A DNA stretch of 32,073 nt from Octopus sinensis (lineage: Eukaryota). Location: positions 1 through 32,073 of the forward strand of contig NW_021832660.1 in NCBI RefSeq assembly GCF_006345805.1, written 5' to 3'. The notes under the pieces were generated by a model. It saw nothing but the letters and a program-made list of their open reading frames with translations, searched no databases and had not been told where the DNA came from. Position 1 is the stretch's first letter. Each line of letters opens with the position of its first letter. The position numbers and the translations under genes are program-made. Positions 11,133 to 22,820 of the stretch are shown in pieces.

Positions 11133-12372
11133 AGAAATCGTTTGCGCGGTGGACGGCACAAACATCACAAGAATACTCACAAGGCTTTCGTAAAAGACTT
11201 CTGCATTGATTCAGAATTTATGGAAAAACTTTGTTACAACCACAACCACCAGAAGCATTAACTATTGAACGGTGGTTCGCCACCTTTACCAAAGGGCGTT
11301 TTACAATCACCCTCTAACACGCATGTTTTTCAAAACAAAAAGCAGATTACTGCAATGAAATTGAAACTAATCTCGTATAGTGGTTAATTATCCATATTTT
11401 CTTATACGATTCCAACGAACCTGTCCCTCTATTTAGATATTTGCACGGCCTTACACCACCTATGTTAAATGTATATGAAAAATCTCCATTCTGTTTCTGG
11501 ATGAAATTCTTATTATTGCGTTTTTTTTTTAAAGTATGTAAAGGTGTTTTTGTTATCTTCAGTCATGTGCGAGTCTGTGTTATGATGACAATTAGATAGG
11601 TGATCGAAGAAAGTGAAAGATTTGTATCAGATGGTCGTGTTAAATATATGTAAAAAGCAAGAGATGAAATATGGGGGAAAAGAGTTATTGCGTCTGGTTT
11701 GGTGAGGTATGTGAGTAGTGTTGTGGTTTGTTTAAAAGATTTTGAAAAATCTAGTCACGATGTTGATAAGTCAGTCCACGTATTATTTGCATTATATGAA
11801 AAAATAAGAGGTTTTAGAGTATTTTGAAGTCTCACTGAATTATAGAGTCTGTGAGAATGTGAAAGTGCAATAGGTTAGCCATGTAGTCTAGTGGGAAGGT
11901 TAGGTGAAATGGTATTGATATAGGAAGTTTTAATATGCACATTAGCATTTCGTTAAATCAGCCATAAATTTATATGGTAAATACATATATTGACAGAACG
12001 ATTTAGCCAAACCATCGAGCGATTGAGTATTCTCTGCTTACGGGTCTATGAGTGATAGACGAATCTAGTCTAGTGATCCTAGATTCACTCATAGGGCGGT
12101 TATCTCCCCTCTCAGTGTATATATATTGTGCGCTTCATATAACATTAAGAAATTTTAACTCTTATTTCTAACAATATAGATACTTCAGCTCCATCATTCA
12201 TAATTAGTGACGATTAGATACTTTCTTTATGGCCTTATATTGCGCCAAACTGTTTATATATATATATAATTAATAATATCAAAGGGTAATCTGAAATATT
12301 AGAAATTTCCATTACAAGTGGCCTAGCATGTAAAAATTTAGTCAATAGACTATATTTTATTCATACGAATAC

Positions 12373-12509
12373 AGTGTATATTTAAACACATAAGAGGTAT
12401 CCATAATAGGACTAGCTACACGCTAGAGTGGACAGTTAAGAATTTAACTGTCCTCTCTAGCGTGTAGGTAGTCCTATGATGGATACCTCTTAAGTGCTTA
12501 AATGTACAC

Positions 12510-12510
<1 letters not shown>
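12373..12510. repeat. Imperfect inverted repeat/hairpin (67-bp arms, 4-nt loop)
   Basis: agtgtatatttaaacacataagaggtatcc...ggacagttaa-gaat-ttaactgtcc...ggatacctcttaagtgcttaaatgtacact; about 6 mismatches and no indels. Confidence 0.9.
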
Positions 12511-12540
<30 letters not shown>

Positions 12541-13624
12541 ATATATATACATATATATATACATATATATACATATATATATATATACATATATACATAG
12601 ATACCTATATATATCTATATATATAATATATGATATATATATATATATATTATATAATACAATATATATACATACACACACATACACATCCACACACCTA
12701 TATATGTATGCAAATGTATGTATATGCCTATGTGTGTATGTTTATTATATTAGTATGTTTCGTGTTCTAGTTTTATTTTGAAAGACCACAATTTTCATTT
12801 AACATTCTTCCCCATTAGTTTGCAAATATCATTTCCGATATTTCTACATAGAACACAAATAGTCATGTATCATAGAAGATCAATCCCGTTCTAATTAGGT
12901 GTGTCTCATCAGATTAGGTATAGTCTGATTCTCGATTTTTCTGTAGTATGTATGCTATTTAAATTATTTCTGCATATTATGGTTGATGATATCTTTTAGT
13001 TCCATAAAAGTGATTTTAATACCCCTAATGTTGTATTGCAGAGTTTCAAGGGTTTGTACATTATATTTACAAAAGTTGTGTGAGGGTGAAACATTTATTC
13101 GTTTAAAATATGTTCTGTGCAAATCTGTAACTTGATGAAGTAATATTTACATTCTATTGTTATTGTATTTTTGCTGTCTCTGTTATTTTCTTCGTAAATT
13201 CGTGTATTTGTCTGAATTATTTGTAAACGTTGTTGTTTTGTAGTATTTGTGTGAGTATGTGAAAATTTCGTAAGGTACATCTAAATTTTGCTTTAGTTTG
13301 AGAGACTCATTTTATGCAGAGTTGTTGCTTGGGCCATTCACTTACAAAGTTCACACGTCTGAGAAATATTTGTGTGTTGGTTAAAACAATATTCAAACGG
13401 CATTCTAACAGTTTCAATTGTATTTTCTTTACTGACGTTCTATGTTTAGCATTAGTTTATCCTGTAGTTTGACTAGTTTTGAAGACGATAGGTTAGTATT
13501 TGAGGAAAATTTGGCTGCAGTTTCTTAGCTGTTGGAGCTTCGTAGCTGGTTCACATTGGTGTTAGTTGTGTTGAGAGGTAATGAGTCATGTGACCTTTAC
13601 TGAATGATACAGTTAGTAGTAATA

Positions 13625-13845
13625 AGGCGGCGAGCTCTAGCATACTGGAAACGTTAGCATACTGAGCAAAATGCATAGCAGCATTTCCTCGGCCTTTACG
13701 TTCGGAGTTCAAATTCCGCCGGGGTCGACTTTGCCTTTCATCCTTTCGGGGTTGATAAAATAAGTACCAGTTGAATATTGGGGTCGGTGTAATCGACCAG
13801 CCTCCTCCCCCGAAATTGCTGGTCTTGTGCCAAAACTCGAAACTT
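13625..13845 (+). mobile_element. tRNA-derived SINE, 'family B' monomer
   Basis: Head ggcggcgagct...gttagca, B box gagttcaaattcc, and central domain gtcgactttgcctttcatcctttcggggttgataaaataagtaccag. Confidence 0.85.
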
Positions 13846-14989
13846 ATATAATTAGTAGTAGTTTTGGTGGTGGTATGGTTTCAGTTGTAATGATGGTGGT
13901 GGTATTGGTGATGGTGGAATTAAGATTATTATAGTGATGATGATGCGAAGTGATATTGATAGTGGTGATGATGATGGTGGTGGTGGTTGTGGTAGTGATA
14001 GTGGTGATGATGATGATGATGATGATGATGATGGTTGTGATGGATATAATAATAGTCAAGATGATCGTATTTGTGGTTGTGGCAGTGGTGATATTGGATA
14101 TAGTAGTAAGTGTTGTGGTGGTGATGGTAATAATGTAGCTGCAGTGGTTGTTATGATATTGGCAAGGATACTGTTGGTGGTCGTAATGGTGGAGACGATG
14201 GCGGTAGTGCTGGTTGGTGCGTCGGTGGTGGCATTGGTTTTGGCGGTCTCGGTAGCTGAGGTGACGGTTGTGGTAGCCGTAGTATAGTGTCTATGGTTGG
14301 TGATGGTGATGGCTGTGGTGGTGTTCGTAGGTGAAGAAGTAGTGGTGGTGGTGGTAGTAATGTTGGTTTGGGTTGGAGTCGAAGTGGTTGTAGTGGCGGT
14401 GCTGGTTTGGGCGGGGCTAGTGGTGGTACTGGTGGTGATGGTGGTGGCAGGGATACTGAGGTGGTTGGTTTGTAATGGTAGGGGTAGACGAGAATGTGTT
14501 AGATTTGCTTCACCGATTAATCGGGTAGCGCTAAATCAGTTATCGCTTCAATCAATAAGCAGCAACACGTACAAGATCGATTGACAACAAGCTTCGATGG
14601 TTAGTAATCCAGTGGCTGATTTCGTTAAAGTGGTCTCGTTGTTACCATCTACTTCACCGCCACAACAACCACTGCTGCCGCCGCCGCCGCCACCGCCACC
14701 ACCTCCACCACCACCACCACCACCACCACCACCACCACCGCCGCCGCCGCCACCACCACCACCACCACCACCACCTCAACCACTACCGCCGCCGCCTCCG
14801 CCGCCGCCGTCACCGCCTTCCTCGCCGTCTCCGCCGCCATATACGTCGTCGTTGCGACTGTTTAGCCTCAGATCAGACTCGATCCAGCAGACCTGTATGT
14901 CCCACCAGTGGCTATTCCGTCATTCTTGTACGTCTGAATCTACATTACCCGGTGTATTCTTCTTCGTTTAAGATAGTTAAGGTGTGATT

Positions 14990-16420
14990 TAAAGAAGATT
15001 TCGGCTGATAGTTGTAGCAAGTCGAACAAACATGTAAATGTTACGTGTTGTTTTATAGACAGTGGTTTGGCAGAATCGTTGAAGTGTAGGCCAAAATTAC
15101 TTTCAGTGTTTTTATGTTTTGAGTTCAAATCCTACTAAAGTCAAGTTTATTTTTCACTCATCTGTGGTATATAAAATAAACTACCAGTAAAATGCGGATG
15201 CTAGTCAAATCAGCTGACATTGTCGTCTTATTAGTTTCTTCAAACAAAAGACTAAGGCTGAAATTTCCGAAAACGTTTCTGTTTCGTACAGCTTCTACTT
15301 GTGTAAACCCTGGAATTATGGTGTAAACCTTGGTGGTGACGAAATTATTGCGATGAACAGTAATCCCTAGATACTTGTAGTTTAATCTAACTTTTTCATG
15401 AACTGGACTGTAGCCTACAATTAAAGGCATTCTTGTATTGTGCACTCTGTTCTGTTAGTGCTATTTGGAATTACATTATCTATTGTGTCTTTTTATTTTA
15501 TTTAATACTATGAGTTGTGATATGAGACAGATCTGGTGGTAATTTCTGGACAGTGATTTCTAAACGCTGACTCGATTCATCAGATATTCTTTTCTATTCT
15601 AGGCACAAGGTCCAAAATTTTTGAGGAAGAAGCCAGTCGATTAGGTTGACCCTAGTACGCAACTGGTATTTATTTTATCGACCCCGAAAGGATGAAAGGC
15701 AAAGTCGATCTCGGCGGTATTTGAACTCAGAACGTAAAGACAAACGAAATACCTATTTCTTTACTACCCACAAGGGGCTAAACACAGAGAGGACAAACAA
15801 GGACAGGCAAACGGATTAAGGCGATTTTATAGACCCCAGTGCGTAACTGGTATTTATTTAATACACCCCGAAAGGATGAAAGACAAAGTCGACCTCGGCG
15901 GAATTTGAACTTAGAACATAGCGGCAGACGAAATACCGCTAAGCATTTCGCCCGACGTACTAACGTTTCTTGCCAGCTCGCCGCCTTCGATTCATCAGAT
16001 ATTGTGGTCCATATTGATAAGAGCGATTTGTTGTAAGTGGATGAACTTAGCCAGATAGTGAGATTTCTTAGCTACACCTTGATGGCAGCAGTAATTGATA
16101 GCAACAGAATAATGTAGTCGTGGGTCAATCGTAGCAGATACTTTTAAACTGGCGAGTCGAAAGTTTGATTTCTTTAACAAATCTCTTGTTAAAGTGTCAC
16201 GTACATGAATACGTGTATTTTTGTTTTAGGTGTGTGTGTGTTGTTCGTTTGTCGATCCGGTGTGGAACATCATGACATCATAAATGTGCAGATAGCTATG
16301 CAGCCCAATCTGCGTTCGGAAGAATCTTCGGTAATGTGGATAGAGAATAGAGGCAGTAGTAGTAGATCTGATGACATTTTTCTTTCAAACGTAAGGTATA
16401 CGTGTTGTCACGGTTAGAAC
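14990..16420 (-). pseudogene. Possible heavily decayed PLE remnant, interrupted by a SINE
   Basis: Weak minus-strand peptide resemblances occur in PLE order: RT end (LTFERK..., ~16400), linker (RMPLIVGYSP, ~15430) and GIY-YIG (KHKNTESNFGLHFN, ~15100). No intact catalytic motif is present. Confidence 0.3.
15589..15986 (-). mobile_element. Family B dimeric SINE with a 17-bp TSD
   Basis: Two tandem B-box plus central-domain units, flanked by an exact direct repeat tcgattcatcagatatt at 15572-15588 and 15987-16003. Confidence 0.9.
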
Positions 16421-16711
16421 GCCGTTGATCATAGGTCTCTCAGTCAGAACTAACTCAGAGTTAAACAACAACAATATTATTTCTCAACCTTCGGAGAGCG
16501 AAGAGAAAAATACACGTTATATGATGGTCTACATGCCACGTCTGCTACCGGTATCACGCAACTTAGCTCCAATTTTCTTGTTACACATAAGATGGCATAA
16601 ATTTCTGTGTTAAAATTTGTATATTTTCATAAATGTATCAGAAATTTAAGGGAAGCGTTCCCAGTTGAGGACTGAAACCGTCTTTCAGTTTCAAATAAAC
16701 TAGAATTAATA

Positions 16712-17143
16712 GCTCAGGAGTGACTCTGTGGTAAGTAGCTTACTTACCAACCACATGGTCCCGCGTTCATTCCCACTGCATGGCACTATGGGCAAGTGTC
16801 TTCTACTATAGCCTCGGGCCGACCAAAGCCCTGTGAGTGGATTTGGTAGGTGGAAACTGAAAGAAGCCCATATACATATGTGTGTATGTACGTATGTATG
16901 TATGTATGTATGTATGTATGTATGTATGTATGTATGTATGTGTGTATATGTTTGTGTGTTTGTTTGTCCCCCCAACATCGCTTGACAACCGATGGTGGTG
17001 TGTTTACGTCCCTGTAACTTAGCGATAGAATAAGTCCTAGGCTTACAGAGAATAAGTCCTGTGGTCGATTTGCTTGACTAAAGGCGGTACTCAAACATCG
17101 CCGCAGTCAGATGACTGAAACAATTAAAAGAGAGTGAAAGAGA
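16712..17143 (+). mobile_element. Family A SINE, full length, internal (TATG)n
   Basis: tRNA-like head, gggcaagtgtcttctactatagcc, internal microsatellite, and a 3' body ending gactgaaacaattaaaagagag. Confidence 0.85.
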
Positions 17144-17545
17144 GCTCCGTAAGTAAGTCCGGCACTAATTAACTAAAACAAAATTAACAGTAAAACTAGG
17201 CATATTGCTGTTTTTGTTGCTTAGCTCTAGGTCAAATTTGGTCGTGTAGAACAATGATCGATAACATTCCTTGGACAACAATGACTATCCTGCTTTTCAT
17301 TTTCGAGTGCATTGTATTTCGAGTTACGTTATTCCGGTGTATTCTCTGTCTCTTTTCTGAGATGGCAGGGTGCAATCAGAAGGATATTTGGCTGATACTT
17401 CTAGCGCGTCGAATGATCGTTTGGGGAATCCTTGAAACTTTACGACAGTCCAATCGAATGAACCGATTTGTTATTGATTTAAAACAAGTAACTGATTTAC
17501 GTTATTAACATTCGACAGATATTTGTTCTCATCTTGTTTGTTGTT

Positions 17546-17591
17546 AACACAACGTTTCGGCTGATATACTCTCCAGCCTTCTTCAGGTGTC
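17546..17591 (-). ncRNA. Minimal type I hammerhead ribozyme lacking a helix III loop
   Basis: GACAC-CUGAAGA-A-GGCUGG(AGAGUAUA)UCAGCC-GAAAC-GUU-GUGUU. Helix I is 5 bp, helix II is 6 bp, and helix III is replaced by the palindrome AACGUU. Confidence 0.8.
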
Positions 17592-17646
17592 TTGGGGAAA
17601 TTTCGAACCTGGGTTCTCATTCCTAAGGTATTTTTCGATGTTATTA

Positions 17647-17690
<44 letters not shown>

Positions 17691-17695
17691 GTTCA

Positions 17696-17768
17696 GGGCA
17701 CTGCTTGGATTCGAACTCAGAATCTTGGGGTTAGTAGCCCGCGCTCTTAACCGCTATGCGATATGCCC
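17696..17768 (-). promoter_or_regulatory. tRNA-like head with Pol III A/B boxes (pseudo-tRNA, not a tRNA gene)
   Basis: 73-nt gggcatatcgcatagcggttaagagcgcgggctactaaccccaagattctgagttcgaatccaagcagtgccc, with an acceptor-like gggca/tgccc pair, A-box-like tcgcatagcgg and B box gagttcgaatcc. Confidence 0.7.
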
Positions 17769-18411
17769 GTGGGCATATCCGTCGAATGTAAATAATGTAA
17801 ATAATGTACATAATTTCTCATCTCTTAAATATAGGATTAACTGATTTGTTAATTATTCTATCGACCAAAGGAAGGGCTGGGAGGTGGGGGTCGGGGGCGC
17901 GGAGATAAAATGCAAAGCCTTGTTTGGGAGGAAAACTGAACTCGCAACACCAAAATTAGAAGATATTAGATGTACCACAAAACATTTTAGGCGGACGTTC
18001 TGCCATTTTATTTCCATTCCATTATACAGAACAACAAAATAAATAAATAAAAGAATATTAATAAAAACTGCTAGCAGAATAATAATAATAATAATAAATA
18101 ATAATAATAATAATAATCTGTGTCTCAGTTCCCGGATGTCATTGTGATTTTCACTTCCATTCGAATAACATGTTCATTGGTATTAATCACCACTTCCCGT
18201 TCTTCAAAAAAAAAAAACATCCCCGCCATCTCTTTCACTTTCTCTCCCTTTCATTACAACACCTTCCCCTCCATCTTAGCCTCGTTCTAGATTTTTTTTC
18301 TTTTTCTTTTTTCCTCCCTTTCTTGCCCGCCATTTTACCTCCGTTCCCAATCCACATCCAACAATGTCCGTTATCTTGTCAGTAATTAATTTTCACTTAA
18401 ATAACATCGGC

Positions 18412-18575
18412 TTTTCTTCTTCTTCTTCTTCTTCTTCATCTTCTTCTTCATCTTCTTCTTCATCTTCTTCTTCATCTTCTTCTTCATCTTCTTCTTCTTC
18501 TTCTTCTTCTTCTTCTTCTTCTTCTTCTTCTTCTTCTTCTTCTTCTTCTTCTTCTTCTTCTTCTTCTTCTTCTTC
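18412..18575. repeat. (CTT)n microsatellite
   Basis: Directly visible. Confidence 0.95.
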
Positions 18576-18843
18576 CACTTCTTTCGCCTCAGCATCCCTT
18601 TTAGATAATCACTGCAAATCCTTCTGCCTGTTCGCCCTGCCTCTAACTATTACTCTCCTCCGTCCTCCGTCCCCTTTCTTAATCTCTCATATAATACTCT
18701 CACTTCCTCTCTCGGTTTTCACCCCCCCTCCTTTTCTCACCCTCTCATTACATTCTAACAACACCAACAACATCAGCACTAACATTATAACCACCGACGC
18801 CTTCACTTTCAATCATTTACTATTTTAAAAATCTGTACCATTT

Positions 18844-18875
<32 letters not shown>

Positions 18876-19067
18876 GTCCATTCAATATTCCTCACAAGCT
18901 TTTCTCTTTTGATTATTTCCCTTGCTCGATATCCCACCCGCTTTGTTTTTGCCTCTCACTCATCAGGACATCCTCTTCTCCTTCCTCCTCGTCAACTTTT
19001 TTTTTGTTTTTGCCATCGTCGTCATCGTCATCACGAACATCTCATCAACAGCAACATCAGTAGCAGT

Positions 19068-19098
<31 letters not shown>

Positions 19099-19160
19099 TA
19101 CTCTCCTTGTCCTCCGCCTCCTGCTATAATTTTATCTCCTACTCTCCCTCCTCCACCTTC

Positions 19161-19194
<34 letters not shown>

Positions 19195-19341
19195 GAATAG
19201 CAAAATCAACACGAATATTTGATCATCACCTTCATCTTAAGAACATGGTCATTATCATGTCTTCTTCTTCTTCTTTCTTCTCTATCATAATAATCATTAT
19301 TAGCACCGCTGCCATCCTCCTCTTTCTCATCGCAGTCGTTC

Positions 19342-19372
<31 letters not shown>

Positions 19373-19737
19373 AAACATCATCGTCATCAGTTTTCTATTT
19401 CAAAAGAAGAAATCATTATGGGCTGCTACCTCATCACTCCCACTGCCCCTCTAACTAATTAATAACATTAAAAACCACCACCACCACCACCACCACCACC
19501 ACCACCACCACAGCCACCGTTGCCACCGCCACAGCCGCCGCCACCGCAAGAACCACCACCACCACCACCACCACCACTACCATCATTAAAACAACGGCAT
19601 GGAGTTTTGCTCACCTCTCCCACCTAACTGGTCTTACATCCAACTCTGTTGCTCTCTTTTAATCACCCTCTCTTCCTTCCTTTCTTCGTCTCGTTCATTA
19701 TCTCACTCCCCTACTCACTCTCCCTTCCATCTTCCCT

Positions 19738-19822
<85 letters not shown>

Positions 19823-19953
19823 CCTCTGTCGTTCTCTTTCTCTTAGGAGACCACGTCACTCTCCTATTTTCCAATTTCCCTGTTCTTACACCACCACCGC
19901 CACCACCACCACGTCTGTCTATCTGTCTATCTGTCTGTTTGTCTGTCTGTCTG

Positions 19954-19991
<38 letters not shown>

Positions 19992-20710
19992 TTCTCTCCC
20001 ACCGATGCCGTCGCCTCATAAATATTCATAAAAACCAGCAAAGCTGAAAATGAGAATGGAGTGTTATTTTCCAGCAAATCTCTCCTGTTCTCAGTCTCTC
20101 TCAATTACCGACCCCCGCCACCACCACCACCACCACCACCACCACCACCACCAACACCACCACCACCATCTTATATTTTCTCTATTACTATCTCCTCTCT
20201 TTTTCACCTCTCTCATGGTTTCTTCTCTCACTCTTTCTCTTACTTACTCTCTCTCTCTCTCTCTCTCTATCTCTATCTCTCTATCTTCAGCTTCTTCACG
20301 CTCAGTCGAACTTCTCATTCGGGGAAATCATTCAAACGAAGCGTGACCATTTATTTTAGCTACGCACAAATCTTTCGGAACAACAACTCTCTTACATTGC
20401 AGACACACATTCGCGCCGTTTTAGTAGTGCACGTTCTGTGCCACTGGTCGCTGATCTTAGCCCCTCGCTCTCCCACCATCCCATCCATCACACCACAACC
20501 ACCGCCCATTACAACACAACCACCAGCACCATTAACAACAACAACAACAACAACAACAGCAGCAGCAGCAGCAGCAGCAGCACTTTCTCCGCAACTACCA
20601 CCAATTATAATACTTACTACCACCATCGCCGCCGTTGCTGCTCCCGTCTATGCGGTTACACGGCCTGCTAAAAATAGCAGTTAACATCTAGCTCAGTTTC
20701 CACTCTAGAG

Positions 20711-20790
20711 CAGTGCTCCGTAACCGGTATGCCGTGGCACACTAGTATACCACGAGACGGTGCTAGGTGTGCCGCAGTGTAACCTAAATT
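20711..20790 (+). mobile_element. Possible hAT/Charlie-type terminal fragment
   Basis: cagtgctccgtaaccggtatgccgtggcacactagt...ggtgtgccgc resembles Charlie-type termini and subterminal GTGCCG repeats. No partner end is visible. Confidence 0.4.
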
Positions 20791-20814
20791 AAATGTTTTC
20801 CCTTATACTTTTAG

Positions 20815-20898
20815 TATTTGAACTCAGAACGTAACGGCAGACGAAATACGGCTAAGCATTTCGCCCGGCGTGCTAACGTTTCTGCCAGCTCGCCGCCC
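20815..20898 (-). mobile_element. Family B SINE head fragment
   Basis: Reverse complement of ggcggcgagctggcagaaacgttagcacgccgggcgaaatgcttag...ctgagttcaaa. Confidence 0.8.
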
Positions 20899-21135
20899 TA
20901 GCGAAAATTATATATTGTTCATATAAAAATTTAGAAACTCCAAGTTACCTTTTCTTTTTTTTTTTTTTTCGGAACAGTGAATCTCGAAGCAGATAGAACT
21001 ATGAATAAAAGCGTGTAAATTTTGAGCTAAAAACATCCTTCAACGAACTATCATTTGACGAAATCACTATAATACAAACTTAGAATGAGATAATTGTTTA
21101 CCAGTTTACCATAATACGACATTAAAATGAGAAAA

Positions 21136-21560
21136 GGCGGCGAGCTGGCAGAAACGTTAGCAAGCCGGGCGAAATACTTAGCGATATTTCGAATGCCGTT
21201 ACGTCCTGAGTTCAAATTTCGCCGAGGTCGACTTTGCCTTTCATCCTTTCGGGGTCGATAAATTAAGTACCAGTTACGCACTGGGTTCGATGTAATCGAC
21301 TTAATCCCTTTGTCTGTCCTTGTTTGTCCCCTCCTTGTTTAGCCCCTTGTGGGCTATAAAGAAATAAGAAACGTTAGCAAGCCGGGCGAAATGCTTAGCG
21401 GTATTTCGTCTGTCTTTACGTTCTGAGTTCAAATTCCGCCGAGGTTGACTTTGCCTTTCTTCCTTTCGAGGTAGATAAATTGAGTACCAGTTGCGTACTG
21501 AGGTCGATCTATTCGACTGGCCTTCTCCCCCAGAATTTCGGGCCTTATGCCTTGGGGAGA
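21136..21560 (+). mobile_element. Family B dimeric SINE with a 15-bp TSD (enclosing a nested MITE)
   Basis: Two tandem units; direct repeat attaaaatgagaaaa at 21121-21135 and 21999-22013. Confidence 0.9.
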
Positions 21561-21566
21561 AAATAT

Positions 21567-21992
21567 GGATCTTTTCGGTTTGAACGGCAGTTTTTAAAAA
21601 TAATTTCCACGTAAGTAAACACTTTTAAACTTCGTATACTGGAAGAATGTGTTTATAAAACATCTTTTTCTCTTGGATTTATTGAGAAAATTCTATAGTT
21701 TGTAAGATATTTGTTGTTGTTTTTTTCTTCAATTTCTGCAATTTCAACCAATCAATGACGTCTATTGAGGTGAAAAACATTCTGTGCCGTATGAATATGT
21801 CCCTCGTTTAAGAAACAGATTGGGTTTATTTACATTTCTGAAGAAGAAAAGATACCCTTCCCCTCACCCCTAACCCTAACCCTAACCCTAAAACAGATTG
21901 AAATGCAATAGATTGATACTAGGGTCATAATTATGGGTGACAATTTCATATGACATCGCTTGAAAATATTACCGTTCAAACCGAAAAGATCC
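21567..21992. mobile_element. MITE (426 bp) with 21-bp perfect TIRs and internal (CCCTAA)4
   Basis: TIRs ggatcttttcggtttgaacgg (21567-21587) and ccgttcaaaccgaaaagatcc (21972-21992); 8-bp near-TSD gaaaatat/aaaaatat. Confidence 0.9.
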
Positions 21993-22116
21993 AAAAATAT
22001 TAAAATGAGAAAATCGTTTTCGTACCTAAATAGAAATAGGAGATATTTATTTCATTTATTACCCATGGAGGACAATTAAGATTCCGAGATGCAAATTCAC
22101 TACTTATACCTCCACT

Positions 22117-22430
22117 GGCACCGGCACTCCGTCGGTTGCAGCGATGAGGATTCCAGTCAATCCGATCAACAGAACAGCTTCCTCGTGATATTAACGTGCA
22201 GGTGGCTGAGCACTCCACAGACACGTGTACCCTTAATGTAGTCCTCATGAGATTCAGTGTGACACGTTTGGCCCTTTGAAATACAGGTACTACTCATTTT
22301 TGCCAGCTGAATAGATTGGAGCAACGTGAAATAAAGTGTCTTGCTCAAGGACACAACATGTTGCCGGGAATCGAACTTATGACCTTACGATATTAAGTTA
22401 AATACCCTAACCACTAAACCACGTGCCTTC
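22117..22430 (-). mobile_element. tRNA-derived SINE, 'family D' (CORE-like centre)
   Basis: Head aaggcacgtggtttagtggttaggg...agttcgattccc and gtgtccttgagcaagacactt. Its tail is shared with 31265-31460. Confidence 0.8.
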
Positions 22431-22587
22431 ACCATATCTCTACTGTCACCACCACTATCACCACAAACCACAAACTAGTTCATCACCACTAGTATTATGA
22501 ATACTACAGCTGTACTACTACAGCCAATACTATAAGGCACCGTTATTGTCATCAGTGACATATCAGTCACAAGCACCAGTTCTAGTA

Positions 22588-22820
22588 CAGGGTGTTCAAA
22601 AAATCTTTCCGCAGTGGATTTTTTCATCCTGCGCATCACCATGGCGCTACTTCAAGAGCTTTTCGGTGAACGAATTATTTCGAAGGGACTATGGCCACCA
22701 AGATCACCTGATTTAACACCGCCAGATTTTTTTTTCTGGGGAGCAAGTGAAGAACCAGTGTAGAAGAAAGGCTCGAAAACCATGAAATACTTACTACGGA
22801 GAGACTTTGTGAACACCCTG
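22588..22820 (+). mobile_element. Internally deleted Tc1/mariner-superfamily element (233 bp)
   Basis: TIRs cagggtgttcaaaaaatct / agactttgtgaacaccctg, TA flanks, and an internal transposase remnant ELFGERIISKGLWPPRSPDLTPPDFFFWG. Confidence 0.88.

Larger units (their letters stand above)
17499..17836 (-). mobile_element. tRNA-headed, hammerhead-containing non-autonomous retroelement with PLE-like inverted end
   Basis: tRNA-like head 17768-17696, (AAT)n, HHR 17591-17546, an inverted copy of the 3' end at 17775-17836, and flanking direct repeat taactgattt. Confidence 0.75.

Noticed and set aside
11530-13480. Strand-biased AT-rich blocks (11530-11940, 12780-13480) as an old retroelement ORF
   Set aside because: No recognisable motif by manual translation; a translated profile search would be needed.
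17696-17768. Genuine tRNA gene (ACT anticodon-like loop)
   Set aside because: The D, anticodon and T stems are mismatched and the sequence is embedded in a repeat element, so it is treated as a SINE-type head.
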